A stretch of 64,000 nucleotides of DNA from Lentisphaeria bacterium (GCA_041690595.1 JAWLHB010000020.1:1-64000); one strand, 5' to 3'. Positions 1 to 10,410 are shown, counted from the first letter of the stretch. The notes: generated from the sequence alone by a model not told the origin. Translations and numbers: made by a program.

Positions 1-99
1 TCAGTCACTATTTCGCCAGAAATGAAACCGATTGAGCCTGTGGTCCGCACAAAAGGCTCAAAAATCGCCATTTCAGCCGTCACTTATGCTGAAGTTGGG

Positions 100-1155
100 C
101 TAGATGACGTGAAGATGGCGGCCGAAGAAGGACTCCGACTTGTTGGCGCCCCATGCATGCTCGCCCGCGAAGAAATCGAGTTCGAGATTATCCAGAGCAT
201 CGGCTGCCCTATAGATAGCCTCCAGCTGCCGATAGCAATCTAGGGAGGTGTCGACGAGGAAGCAGGTGTCATTGGCGCCAATATCGATCAGGAGCGGGCG
301 CGGGGCGAGCAGTCCCTGTAGGTCGGGCAGGTCGACAAGCTTGTAGAGCCCCGGAGCGACCTGCATGCCGCAGTAGTTGACGTCGCGCATGCCGAAAGCC
401 TCCCAGATATCGCTGTAGCACATGATCTCAATGGCTTTGAAGCGCGGATCGCATAGTGCCATCCAGAGCGTCATCGTGCCGCCGCCGCTCAACCCCATGA
501 CGCCGAGCCTCTCGCCATCGACGCAGTCGAGCGAGGTGACAAAGTCGGTGGCGCGCTGACCGTGAGCCACATTGATGGAGAGACTGGTCATCCCGAACAT
601 GGTGGCATGAAGATAGAGGATATTGCACCAGTCGCGGCTGCCGGCGGTGCTCAGCCAGTGGGGCTTGTTGGCGTCATTGCGTTCCCCGAAACCGATCCAG
701 TCGATGGCATAGGTGACATAGCCGAGCCTGGCCATCTGGCGGCCATAGTCATAATTGAACTTGGCGATGCCGTCGCGTCGTTCCGGCGAACTGTCATTGC
801 CCATGACCGCTTCCTTCCCATGCGGACCGTGGCCGTGGCAGCATAGAATGGCAGGGCGGCGTTCACCTTTAGTGATATCGTTCGGTATGTTGACCAGGCA
901 GGTGGCGGAGATGTGGGGAGAGACATCGATGATCCAGCGCTGGGTGATCACCTTGTCCACGGTCCACTCGGCAAGGAGATGGGGATTGAGAGGAACTTCA
1001 TCGGGAAAGTCGCCCAGGGTGGCGAGGACCTTGGGCCAGGCTTCCCGGTTCCAGGCCGTGAAGCCTTTCTCCCAATTGCGGAAGCGATAATGTGGCTGGT
1101 GATGCTTGGCAAGCTGCTGAAACATCTGTTGCGGACTGAGATTGCGGATCGACAT
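100..1155 (-). CDS. Alpha/beta hydrolase (dienelactone hydrolase / acetylxylan esterase-like)
   Basis: 351 aa; HGHG oxyanion motif, GLSGGG nucleophile elbow, C-terminal Asp and His (GEH). Confidence 0.8.
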   Translation of the reverse strand: MSIRNLSPQQMFQQLAKHHQPHYRFRNWEKGFTAWNREAWPKVLATLGDFPDEVPLNPHLLAEWTVDKVITQRWIIDVSPHISATCLVNIPNDITKGERRPAILCCHGHGPHGKEAVMGNDSSPERRDGIAKFNYDYGRQMARLGYVTYAIDWIGFGERNDANKPHWLSTAGSRDWCNILYLHATMFGMTSLSINVAHGQRATDFVTSLDCVDGERLGVMGLSGGGTMTLWMALCDPRFKAIEIMCYSDIWEAFGMRDVNYCGMQVAPGLYKLVDLPDLQGLLAPRPLLIDIGANDTCFLVDTSLDCYRQLEAIYRAADALDNLELDFFAGEHAWGANKSESFFGRHLHVI

Positions 1156-1318
1156 GTAGGCCCCCGGCGTGGAGTTGAATGTTGGGCATAGCAGTAGCTT
1201 GCCAAACCCTCCTTGTCAATCCAGCCAACCCGCACAATTCCAGGATGGGCGGATTGACTTCCGGCCTTCTCCTGCCATCCTTAGCATGCAAACCAAACAA
1301 CGAAAAGGATACCGGATC

Positions 1319-2626
1319 ATGGAAGCGATTGAGGCCGTCCGCCTTCACCACCACCTGCATGTGCTGACCGAGCAGATTGGCATCCGGCTGGCCGGTACTG
1401 CCGGCGAAGCCGCGGCCCAGCGTTACATCGCGGCGGCCTTCGCGGAGCTGAATGCCGAGGTAACCGAAGAGAGCTTTCCGGTCCGTTGCCGGGAGGTTCT
1501 GGACGAGGAGCTTCAGGTACGGATTGGCGACCAGTGGCAGAGATTTCCCGCTTCGCTCTTCAGCAGCACCCCGGGCACGGATGGTCAGGTGCTTGAAGCG
1601 CCGATTGTCGTTTTCGAGGCCGCGGCGGAATATGGTCGCGACACGCTCGAGCATCTGCGCGGGAAAGCGGTTGTGCATCTGGGATGCCACATCGAGTCAC
1701 GCGAGCACTATCGGCGGCTGATGGCGGCGGGGCCGGCGTTCATCCTGATGGTGGACACGCGCTATCCCGGCACCGTGGCGTTGGCCGACGGCATGTTCCC
1801 CGCCTACACAAGCTCGATCGGCGCGGTGCCCACGCTCAATGTTGCGTACTGGGATGCCTGGCAGTGGCTGGAGCGGGGGGCGGACCAGGCACGCATACGG
1901 GTAAAAGGAGGCATGAAGCCGTCGCTGTCCGCCAATGTCATCGCCGATCTTCCTGGCAGTCAACCAGGCGAGGTGATCTACATTGGAGCGCACCATGACA
2001 CACAGGCTGGCTCGGTGGGGGCGGACGATAATGGCAGCGGTGTGGTCGGTTTGCTGGAGTTGGCGCGGGTGCTGGCGCCCATGCCGCGGAAGCGTACGTT
2101 GCGCTTCATCAGTTTCGGCGCGGAAGAGCAGCTGTCGGTGGGCAGCGCGCACCACGTGCGGGAGCATCGAGCGGAAGTCGCGGAGCAGGGCGCGCTGATC
2201 TTCAATCTGGACTCGTACGGCTCGATGATGGGATGGACGACGCTGGTCTGCAACGGTCCAGAGGAACTGGAGCAGCAGGTAGCGGCCATTTTCGCCGAGC
2301 ATGGGCAGTATGCGCGGCGTTCTCGCGAGCTGGTCCCGTATGCCGATCATTTTCCCTTCGTTGCCGCCGGCATTCCCGGGATCTGGATGGGGCGCGCCAA
2401 CTGCGCGGGCGGACGCTTCTTTCACCACCGTCCGGACGACCTCATCAGGCGCCTGTCACTGCCGCGCATGGCCTCGCTGCTGGATGCGGCGGCGGCGGTT
2501 CTCGGGAAGTTTGCGACCGCGGAGGAGCTGCCCTTCCCGATCGGTGTGCCGCTTGACCAGAAGGCGCAGGTGGAGGCGTGCTGGGAGGATCTGTTTGGCG
2601 GATGGTCGCCGCCGCCTATCGGTTGA
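1319..2626 (+). CDS. M28 family metallopeptidase with PA-like insert
   Basis: GAHHDT, GADDNGSG, AEE, NLD and DH zinc-ligand motifs; start moved to ATG 1319 after AAAGGA RBS. Confidence 0.85.
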   Translation: MEAIEAVRLHHHLHVLTEQIGIRLAGTAGEAAAQRYIAAAFAELNAEVTEESFPVRCREVLDEELQVRIGDQWQRFPASLFSSTPGTDGQVLEAPIVVFEAAAEYGRDTLEHLRGKAVVHLGCHIESREHYRRLMAAGPAFILMVDTRYPGTVALADGMFPAYTSSIGAVPTLNVAYWDAWQWLERGADQARIRVKGGMKPSLSANVIADLPGSQPGEVIYIGAHHDTQAGSVGADDNGSGVVGLLELARVLAPMPRKRTLRFISFGAEEQLSVGSAHHVREHRAEVAEQGALIFNLDSYGSMMGWTTLVCNGPEELEQQVAAIFAEHGQYARRSRELVPYADHFPFVAAGIPGIWMGRANCAGGRFFHHRPDDLIRRLSLPRMASLLDAAAAVLGKFATAEELPFPIGVPLDQKAQVEACWEDLFGGWSPPPIG

Positions 2627-4055
2627 TCGGCAACTGGAAAGCCGGCCCCAACTCGATCTTGCCGGTGCCGCCGATGAACTCCACCGCGACCTTGCCGGTG
2701 GGAGGCGAGGAAAGGCGGCCGCACAACGACAGGCGCCCATTCACGAAGATGTCCACGAAAGCGCCATAGGCAACGAGGTCAAGCATGATGGGACGATTGG
2801 CGGGCATGGGGGTCCAGCGCACGGCCTGCGGGGGTAAGAGATCGTCGGCATCGACTGCCCGCAGGGAGAGCAACTGCTGCCGGGGTTCGATGGTGAGCTG
2901 CAAACCGCCACGAAGCTCGTCATCGACTCGCATGAGCAGGTGAATGCGGGTGTCTGGTGAGTCGACGCTCAGAGCGAGGCCGGCATGAAAGTCGCCATGT
3001 AGCTGCGGGATCATGAGGCATCCGCCGCTCTGACCGGTAGATGCATGGACATAGGGTTCAGGTTGTTCCCAGCGGCCGAGGAGTTGGCGGCAACCGAGGA
3101 GCAGCTCGATGGGAGCGCCAGTACGCTGCCATGATTCGACGTGGAGGGGACTGGGGAGTTCGGAGAGCGAACCATCCAGCTCGAGGCGAAGTTGCCTTGG
3201 AGTGGCCAGGACTGTCGAGGCATGCTCGGCGGCTGGTACTGCAGCCCCAGCATAGGGAAAGACAAGCCAGGAATCGCTGACATGCAACGGACGTGTACCG
3301 CCGCCCGCCATCTCGGAGATAAGCGTACTCCCCGGCGGTTGCCGGAATGGCCCGCGCGCGGTATTGGCGAGACGATGCTTCAACTGGCGATGCCGATAAT
3401 AGAGATGCCATCTGCCGCGCGACATCTCCACCAGATTGGGTGCATGGCAATAGGGTTCGGTTCCCGACATCCACAGCGGAGAACAGAACTGCCAGCGCAT
3501 CAGGTCCGCCGACTTCGCCAGCCCGACGCAACCTGAACGCTGGAGCGGTTGGTTCGGGACGCGGCCGCTGAAGAGCATCCACCAGAGACCTTCTTCCGCA
3601 TGGTAGAAGACGGACGGATCGGCAAAGGGCGTGTCCAGATAGAAGAGGCCGTTCGACTGCAGGATGGGTTCCGCCGAACGAGGAGCCCAGGCGCGGAGGT
3701 CGGAACTCACCGCCAGATGAATGGCGTTGTTCTGGCTGTAGAAGAGGTAGAAGCTATCGCCGTGGGCGACGACGGAGCAGGGTGATGTCAGGTTTTCCAG
3801 GTTCGCCTCGACATCCAGCTCCAGCGCTACAGGCTCTTCATGCCAACACAGCAGATCGCTGCTGGTATAGTGGGCAATGGCATTGCTGAGGCGGACAAAG
3901 AGATGGTGGCTGCCACGATCTGTAAATGGCGTTGCACTGCCGAGACTGGTGTCGCTGGTCAGCATGGGCGAAGGGGCGGGCATGGTCAGCTCTCGGATTG
4001 GTGTTTTTCTGTGACGGTCCTTCATTACCTTATGCAAGCCGCGGTGCCATTGCAA
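2616..4055 (-). CDS. GH32/GH43-like five-blade propeller plus beta-sandwich protein, degenerate catalytic motifs
   Basis: SSDLxxW / SADLMRW Asp-box-like repeats, FADP motif, TPRQL linker, C-terminal beta-sandwich; real start may be 3983. Confidence 0.6.
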   Translation of the reverse strand: MQWHRGLHKVMKDRHRKTPIRELTMPAPSPMLTSDTSLGSATPFTDRGSHHLFVRLSNAIAHYTSSDLLCWHEEPVALELDVEANLENLTSPCSVVAHGDSFYLFYSQNNAIHLAVSSDLRAWAPRSAEPILQSNGLFYLDTPFADPSVFYHAEEGLWWMLFSGRVPNQPLQRSGCVGLAKSADLMRWQFCSPLWMSGTEPYCHAPNLVEMSRGRWHLYYRHRQLKHRLANTARGPFRQPPGSTLISEMAGGGTRPLHVSDSWLVFPYAGAAVPAAEHASTVLATPRQLRLELDGSLSELPSPLHVESWQRTGAPIELLLGCRQLLGRWEQPEPYVHASTGQSGGCLMIPQLHGDFHAGLALSVDSPDTRIHLLMRVDDELRGGLQLTIEPRQQLLSLRAVDADDLLPPQAVRWTPMPANRPIMLDLVAYGAFVDIFVNGRLSLCGRLSSPPTGKVAVEFIGGTGKIELGPAFQLPINR

Positions 4056-4094
4056 CTGATTGCTGGGAATGCTTGACGGTCGGCCGCCCCGCGG

Positions 4095-4556
4095 TTAGGA
4101 GGCTTCGGTGATCAACAGCGCCACAACCTCTTCCTGAGTCTGGGCGCTGAGCAAGCGTGACCGGACGTCCGCTTGGCGAAGCAGCCGCGAGATGTCGGCC
4201 ATGAACCGAATGTGGGGGCCTGTCTGTGAGGCCGGCGAAACGGTGATGATGAAGATTCTTGCCGGTTGCCCGTCGACGCAGTCGAAGTCGACACCTTCCG
4301 GTTTGAGGCCGATGGCGACGTGCAGCTTGTCGACGGCGTCCGTCTTGCCATGCGGGATGGCAATGCCGTCGTGCAGGCCGGTGCTCAACTGCCGTTCGCG
4401 CTCCAGCAAAGCTTTTTCCACCGCGGCCTGGTCGCCAATGACCTTGGCATCGGCCAGGATCTGCACCAACTCCCGGATGATCGCCTTCTTTTCCGTATTC
4501 TCGAGGTGCAGCTTGACCAGTTCCGGGCGAAGGGCCGATTCAATTATCGAAGCCAT
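4095..4556 (-). CDS. PTS EIIA domain protein (fructose/Ntr type)
   Basis: RE..STG..GIAIPH phospho-His motif; GVDFDCVDG. Confidence 0.9.
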   Translation of the reverse strand: MASIIESALRPELVKLHLENTEKKAIIRELVQILADAKVIGDQAAVEKALLERERQLSTGLHDGIAIPHGKTDAVDKLHVAIGLKPEGVDFDCVDGQPARIFIITVSPASQTGPHIRFMADISRLLRQADVRSRLLSAQTQEEVVALLITEAS

Positions 4557-4711
4557 ATGGTAAGGATTCCCAAAAGGTTGAAGAAGGCAGGCTCACCGCC
4601 GCGCGGTAAAGGCCGGTAAGCCCTGAAGTTTTCAGCACAGACTATAGCATTGCCCGACGAGAAGCCAATCGGCCGCGACCGGCGCAATTCTCCGCGACGA
4701 GTGGGCGACGC

Positions 4712-6178
4712 TCAGAATGAGAGCCGGAGGCCGGCATACACATTGGAATTGTGCTCGAACTGGCTGAAGAAGGTGCGCTCGTTGTCGCCAAGGAAGATGT
4801 TGGCGCCCGCCATGATGCGCCAGTGGTCCGTGATCTTGTAGCTGACGGCCGGACGCGTGAAGGCATCGCGATCGGTCGGCGACCAGTAGGAGAACCAGGA
4901 AAGCTCCAGGTTCTGGCGCATAAGCAGTTTGGTGAGCCGCAGCGTCACCACGTGGCGATCTTCGTCGTTCGCGTCCCGCGGAGACGGATGTGACAGGATG
5001 AAGGCATCGTGATCCTGCATCCATTCCACATAGTACTGCAAGCCGATGTTGAGGTCGGGGGCGAGAAAGGCGAGATCCTGCTCGTAGCCGGCAAGGAAGC
5101 GCCACTCGCTGTTGCGGATGTTCGGATCGTCGCCGTCTCGGTCGTCGCGGGAGTCATAGTAACCGACCTCGACGTTGCCGATGCCCCTGAGAAAGGGGCC
5201 GCGAAGGCTGGCGCCATAGACCGCCAGCGCCGGGAAGGTGGGATCGCCGTTGACATCCTGGCCGGCCGGGCTCTTCCAGAATCCATGGTAACCGTAGGCC
5301 GCAAGCTCATACCCGCTGAGGTTGCGGTGGAGGCGCGCGGCCCATTCGTCGTCCTCGAACCACCTGTCGGGAGCATCCGATCGCGCCGGCGGGTTGTTGC
5401 CGACACGCCCGCCCGCGGCACCGCTGTAATAGGAGAGGCGGTCCCCGGTGATATGACGATCCGGGTCGAACTGGGGCGTATAGACAAGGTCGAGATTGGC
5501 GACACCGAAGTACATGGAAGCCTTGATTGCATCCGACGGCGCCTTGAGGTATTCCACGTCGCGACCGACAAAGAAGGATACCCAGTCCTTGGGGAAGTTG
5601 TCGTTGATGAAGAGAAGGTCGCCGGTGCCCCAGGTGAGAATCTGCCGCCCGATCTTCAGATCCACGTGGTCGAAAGGAGAGAGTGAGATGTTGGCCTGAC
5701 GGAGATCCAGCCAGCCTTCCCCTCGATTGAGGTCGATGCCATGGTCATGTGCGATGTCATCGTAGAGGAAGTCGGCAACGATCTTGACGCCGACGGTGCG
5801 CAGGCGGCGATCGTAGTCGAGTTGGAGGCGGCTTTCGGTAAGTGTTCGCGATTCGTCCTGCCATGGATCGGATTGGGTGCGCCAGCCGATGCGGTTGTCC
5901 CAGAAGCCGATCAGACCCGGGGGAAGCTGCAGCCGCCAGCGCTCTTCTGCGCTGTCCGTCGCGACGGGCGCATCGGCATCCTCACCCAGTCCCGCCGGGA
6001 GAGCCGGTTCAGAGGGGCTTTCGGCAGTAGCCTCGCCGCCCAATCCCGCCGGGAGAGCCGGTTCAGAGGGGCTTTCGGCAGCAGCCTCGCCGCCCAACCC
6101 CTCGGGAAGAGCCGGCTCCTGAGCGACGGCAACGTTTGCAAGCAGCAGGACGACGACGAAGAGGCTGCGATGGATCAT
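4712..6178 (-). CDS. Outer-membrane beta-barrel protein with N-terminal Pro/Glu/Ala repeats
   Basis: Signal peptide, KIGRQILTWG motif, terminal YAGLRLSF beta-signal; follows MMPL and LolA-like genes. Confidence 0.7.
   Translation of the reverse strand: MIHRSLFVVVLLLANVAVAQEPALPEGLGGEAAAESPSEPALPAGLGGEATAESPSEPALPAGLGEDADAPVATDSAEERWRLQLPPGLIGFWDNRIGWRTQSDPWQDESRTLTESRLQLDYDRRLRTVGVKIVADFLYDDIAHDHGIDLNRGEGWLDLRQANISLSPFDHVDLKIGRQILTWGTGDLLFINDNFPKDWVSFFVGRDVEYLKAPSDAIKASMYFGVANLDLVYTPQFDPDRHITGDRLSYYSGAAGGRVGNNPPARSDAPDRWFEDDEWAARLHRNLSGYELAAYGYHGFWKSPAGQDVNGDPTFPALAVYGASLRGPFLRGIGNVEVGYYDSRDDRDGDDPNIRNSEWRFLAGYEQDLAFLAPDLNIGLQYYVEWMQDHDAFILSHPSPRDANDEDRHVVTLRLTKLLMRQNLELSWFSYWSPTDRDAFTRPAVSYKITDHWRIMAGANIFLGDNERTFFSQFEHNSNVYAGLRLSF
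5985..6118. repeat. 54-bp coding tandem repeat, about 2.5 copies (EPALPAGLGGEAxAESPS)
   Basis: Units 5985-6038 and 6039-6092 differ at 2 positions; partial third copy to 6118. Confidence 0.9.
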
Positions 6179-6199
6179 GAGATTCCTTTGGGTTTGAAC

Positions 6200-7024
6200 T
6201 CAGCGAAGATGCTGCACGGGCGGACGACGCAGATAACGTTCCGTGAAAATATCGTCCGGCAGTCCCACATCATATTTCACATCACTGTAGTCGAGGATGG
6301 TGTGTCCGCCGAGACGACTGTCGCTCATGCGCGCTTTCATGACCGTCGGCTTGCCCTCGATGGTCTCCACCTTCAGCGCGTCATAGGTGCGATAGACGTT
6401 CCCCTCCTTGTCGTGGAACTTGGTCTGCGTGACCAGGAAGGTTCCCTTGTGCACCCAGGTGATGTAATGATCGAACTCGACGCTGGCCGGGTTCTTCGGC
6501 GTGTGCTTCAGAACGTAGAAGTTGTCGGTGGTTTCGATCAGTTCATGGTCGTCTTCGGTCTTGTAGCGCCCGGATACATCCTCATAGAAGAAGTGCGAAC
6601 CGACAAAGCTGGTGCGCTTCTCGCTGGAGGCGATGCGCTTGACCAGATCCAGTGATGGCAGGTAGAGCCACCGGTCATCGTCCTTGTCCGTATGCTTCCA
6701 GACCATGAAGACCATCTTGCGCACGTCACTGGGGCGCAGGAAGTAGACGAAGAACTTCTGATCGCCGAGGAAGGTATCGTCGGGATCTTCCTGGCCTGCC
6801 GGCAGGTCGTCGCGGCGCAGGATAATGAACTCACGCTCTCTGGTGCGCTCCTGCGCATCGATAATCGTCATGGCCACGCGGGCACGCCCGTCGGCCCCAC
6901 GATAATAGTTGGCATGCATCGCCTTGTCGACGATCTCTTCCGTGGTGAGGTCGGCGGCGCGGGCGCCGGGAGAAAGCAGCAGGGCTGCAAGAATAGCGAC
7001 TGCCATGAGATGCTTCATGATCAT
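6200..7024 (-). CDS. Outer-membrane lipoprotein-sorting protein (LolA-like)
   Basis: Signal peptide; DDDRWLYLP..VKRIA..SFVGSHFFYED signature; C-terminal IFTERYL. Confidence 0.85.
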   Translation of the reverse strand: MIMKHLMAVAILAALLLSPGARAADLTTEEIVDKAMHANYYRGADGRARVAMTIIDAQERTREREFIILRRDDLPAGQEDPDDTFLGDQKFFVYFLRPSDVRKMVFMVWKHTDKDDDRWLYLPSLDLVKRIASSEKRTSFVGSHFFYEDVSGRYKTEDDHELIETTDNFYVLKHTPKNPASVEFDHYITWVHKGTFLVTQTKFHDKEGNVYRTYDALKVETIEGKPTVMKARMSDSRLGGHTILDYSDVKYDVGLPDDIFTERYLRRPPVQHLR

Positions 7025-9918
7025 TACCTCGAAACGTTGGGGTTGACTGTGACAGGGGTTTCCATGCGGCAGCGCTTGCTCTTACCAAGGAAATAGAAGA
7101 GCTGCGCCAGGATGATCAGCGTGATGAGGCTGACCCAGGTGATGGTGGTCCAGCCGACGGAGAGGAAGTGCCGGACATTGAGAATGATCGTGACCAGCAC
7201 CAGTACTGAGATAACGATGCAGGTGCCCGTCTGGCAGATGATGCAGCACTTGCGCGTGCGCGGGAAGAGAAGCGGCTCCAGCACCGTGATGAGAGCCGGA
7301 AGCAGCAGCAGTGAAGCGAGACCGGCTGTCAGCAGAATGGCGGCAATGAAGAAGCCGACCGTCTTGTAGGGCATCAGCGGCGCGAGCAGCAGCGGCATGA
7401 AGCCGACGCCGATCACGATGGCATTGCGTGCGATGGCACGCGCCGGTTCGCCGAAGACCGGTGCAGCCGTTTTCTTCCAGTCCAGGTGGTCGCGATAGAG
7501 ATCGCGACTGCGCGAAAGGAAGTGAATGGCATAATCCACGGCAAGGCCGAGGCTAAGGGCCGACAGCACCGCCACCGGCATGTCGTAGTCTTTGCCGACC
7601 AGGCCGATCAGACCATAGATCATGGCGATGGTGACGGTCAGCGGCAGCATCGACAAGGCTCCCCAGAGCGCGGAGCGGTAGAGGATCGACATCATCAGAA
7701 AGACGATGAGGAAGCTGCCCAGGAAGGCTTCCAGCATGCCGGCTACCATGCGCTCCTGCCAGATGACATTGATGTAGGTGAGGCCGAACCACTGATGGTT
7801 GAGCTCCATGTCAAAGGGCACGGGTGCATCCTTGAAGTAGGCCTCCATATGCTTCACGACCCGATCCATTTCGCGATTGTCGCCGCTGGTCAGTTGGACC
7901 CAGAGGACGGTCTTGCGGTAATCCGGGGTGACGAAGTGCCACAGATCCTGAGGGCGGTGGCTGTTCTGGTACTGGATCAGCGTCTCGGCGACACCGGCCG
8001 CTGTTTCCGGCACGCGATAATCCTCATCCTGACCCGTCAGCAACTCCCGATAGACCGTCTTGACGATGCTCACCAGCGAGTTGGACTTGCCGACCGTGCC
8101 GGTCTTCAGCAGCTCCGCTTCGGCGTCGGCGACATACCGCAGAACTTCCGGCTGCTTGAAGGCCTCCTGACGACCCAACTCCACGGCGATTAGCTCCATG
8201 GCGCGCTCCCATGCCTCGTACTGCTCGTCGCTGCTGAAGAGCTGTTGATCGCTGGCATGCTTCTCCAACTCGCGCAGGACTGCCTGTGGCGTCTCGGCGA
8301 TCTGGCCGAGGCGGGCCAGCTCGTCGCTGATGGCTTCGACGACCGTCGCGGCGCCGGAGATCTCATCCTCCTTGAGGTTCTGGCGGAAGCGCCCGGTAAT
8401 GGCTTGGGCATACGCTTCGGGAGACTGGGTGCTGTCTGGGGTTTCGATGGTCAGATAGGCCATGTAGGTGCCGCCGAAATGGCTGTTGAGCACACGGTCG
8501 GCTACCCGAATGGGGTGGGACGGCTTGAACCACTTGATGGGATTATCGTTGATGCGGATCCGGCTGATACCGAAGATCGAGATGACCGCCAGCACGCCCG
8601 CGACCACCAGGATCAGCTTGGCGCGATACCAGGTGAACGAGCCGGTCCGCGAAAGCTGCCGGGAAAGCCAGCTCTGCCCTTCTGCCTCATGATGATGCCT
8701 GGAGCCGAAATTCTTCAGCCAGCTTTCGGGGATGAACATGATGTAGGCGGGAATGAAGGTGATGGTGAGCAGCCAGGCCACGGCCACCCCGAAGGCGACG
8801 AAGATCCCGAAGGTCTGGACCGGTGGGATCGACACCAGCGCCAGGGAGCCAAAGCCGACCACCGTTGTCAGTGAGGTGTAGAGCATCGGCATGAAGAGGG
8901 TCTCCACCACCTCCACGATCGTCTCTCGCCGATTCTGCGTTGCCTGATACCGGTCGAAGAAGTCGCTCAGAATATGGACGGCATCCAGAACGGCTATGGG
9001 CATGATGAAGATGGGGATCATGCTGCTCATGATGTGAACGGTGTTGCCGGTGGCGATCAGCAGCCCCATCGTCATGATGACCGCGGCCATGGCCACGATC
9101 ATTGGCGAGACGATCAGGGGCAGATTGCGGAAGAAAAGCAGCATGAGAAGGAAGATCACGAGCATGGCAACCGGCGCGGAAATGGCCATCTGCTTGAACA
9201 TTTCCACCCCGAATACATCTTCGGCAACGGGCAGTCCCGTGATGTGGAACTGATCGTTTCCATCGAAAGTGGCAATCTTCCTGTTGAGTTCGGTGTAGAT
9301 GCGATGGCTCAGATCCTTGGAGGTAATAGGCAGGTAGAGCGCTAGTGCCTTGCCATCTTCAGAAAGGAGGGTGTTGTGCAGGAAGGGGATGCGTTCGGCG
9401 CGGTGTCGTATGGCAAGCGCCTCTTCGGCGGTAGCCGGCGGTTCGCGCATCAACCATTCGAAGCTGATGGAGCCGGGCTGCTCTCCCTGATCGATGGTAT
9501 CCACCATGGAGGGAGCGATGATGTCAGCCGATACGACGCCGATCTGCCGGTCTGGATTATTCGGGTCCGGCCAGCGCAGTCCCTTGGCGAACTCCGTCAG
9601 CTCATAGACACGGCGCAGGGAGTCCGGATTGAAGACGCCATCCGGATGCTCTTCATTGACGACACCCACAACCACCATGTCATAAAGCGACATCTCCTCC
9701 TTCATCTGGTCGTGGTAGACCCGCACCGGCGCATCCTTCGACAGCATGTTCTCCGGATCGGTGTCGACCATGAGCGGGTGAAGCGACGAAAAGCGTTCCG
9801 GCCACAGGGAGGGTAGGGCGGCAAGTAGTGCCAGGATGAGGGCCGCCTGGATCATGACGACAGTCACTATCCAGGGATGCCTGGTCGAAAAGTTGGCAAT
9901 GGCGGAACCGGCTTTCAT
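7024..9918 (-). CDS. MMPL/RND family transporter
   Basis: 964 aa; two six-helix TM repeats with AVLDAVH, YTSLTT and GLAVDYAIH motifs. Confidence 0.9.
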   Translation of the reverse strand: MKAGSAIANFSTRHPWIVTVVMIQAALILALLAALPSLWPERFSSLHPLMVDTDPENMLSKDAPVRVYHDQMKEEMSLYDMVVVGVVNEEHPDGVFNPDSLRRVYELTEFAKGLRWPDPNNPDRQIGVVSADIIAPSMVDTIDQGEQPGSISFEWLMREPPATAEEALAIRHRAERIPFLHNTLLSEDGKALALYLPITSKDLSHRIYTELNRKIATFDGNDQFHITGLPVAEDVFGVEMFKQMAISAPVAMLVIFLLMLLFFRNLPLIVSPMIVAMAAVIMTMGLLIATGNTVHIMSSMIPIFIMPIAVLDAVHILSDFFDRYQATQNRRETIVEVVETLFMPMLYTSLTTVVGFGSLALVSIPPVQTFGIFVAFGVAVAWLLTITFIPAYIMFIPESWLKNFGSRHHHEAEGQSWLSRQLSRTGSFTWYRAKLILVVAGVLAVISIFGISRIRINDNPIKWFKPSHPIRVADRVLNSHFGGTYMAYLTIETPDSTQSPEAYAQAITGRFRQNLKEDEISGAATVVEAISDELARLGQIAETPQAVLRELEKHASDQQLFSSDEQYEAWERAMELIAVELGRQEAFKQPEVLRYVADAEAELLKTGTVGKSNSLVSIVKTVYRELLTGQDEDYRVPETAAGVAETLIQYQNSHRPQDLWHFVTPDYRKTVLWVQLTSGDNREMDRVVKHMEAYFKDAPVPFDMELNHQWFGLTYINVIWQERMVAGMLEAFLGSFLIVFLMMSILYRSALWGALSMLPLTVTIAMIYGLIGLVGKDYDMPVAVLSALSLGLAVDYAIHFLSRSRDLYRDHLDWKKTAAPVFGEPARAIARNAIVIGVGFMPLLLAPLMPYKTVGFFIAAILLTAGLASLLLLPALITVLEPLLFPRTRKCCIICQTGTCIVISVLVLVTIILNVRHFLSVGWTTITWVSLITLIILAQLFYFLGKSKRCRMETPVTVNPNVSR

Positions 9919-10009
9919 GTAAAATCCCTTCTTGTTGAGCGAATAAGCGGGCCAGCGGACCGGAGTGGAGATGGAGGCGGATTCCGGCCCGCTGCCCGTC
10001 AGAGCGTAC

Positions 10010-10171
10010 TTAGATACTGATGGTTATCAACCCGCCCATGAGCATCCCATAGACCGTGCTGATGTACGGATTGCTGGTGAGGGGGCAGGCGCCGGTCGAA
10101 CAGCCGACGATCTTGTAAAAGGCGAAGCCAACGACTCCGCCGATTACGACTCCGATGATGGTATGAAGCAT
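10010..10171 (-). CDS. Small membrane protein, DUF6132-like
   Basis: 53 aa from ATG 10171; GCSTGACPLTSNP motif between two hydrophobic helices. Confidence 0.8.
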   Translation of the reverse strand: MLHTIIGVVIGGVVGFAFYKIVGCSTGACPLTSNPYISTVYGMLMGGLITISI

Positions 10172-10190
10172 GATATTTCTCCGTTGTTTC

Positions 10191-10391
10191 TCAGGAATGT
10201 ACGCAGGGCTTGGCCCCTGCCTTCTGGAGAATCCAGACCATGGGGCACCAGTTGCTGATGCCGGACTGGAAGAGGTTGAGGCCGACAAAGGCCGTGAAAG
10301 CGAGCCACCACGGGCTGTGCCAGACCGCCAGAACAACGCTCGCCATGATGAAGAGGCCGGCAATCAGCCGCAGGTAACGTTCAATGGTCAT
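10191..10391 (-). CDS. DUF2892 (YgaP-like) membrane protein
   Basis: 66 aa from ATG 10391; ER.LR..AG ... FVGLNLFQSG..WCPM. Confidence 0.85.
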   Translation of the reverse strand: MTIERYLRLIAGLFIMASVVLAVWHSPWWLAFTAFVGLNLFQSGISNWCPMVWILQKAGAKPCVHS

Positions 10392-10410
10392 GATTCTCTT
10401 CCTTCTCAGT

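Noticed and set aside
9946..10000. GC-rich hairpin between DUF6132 and MMPL
   Set aside because: Imperfect stem with no adjacent U-tract; could be an mRNA stabiliser, but this is not supportable.
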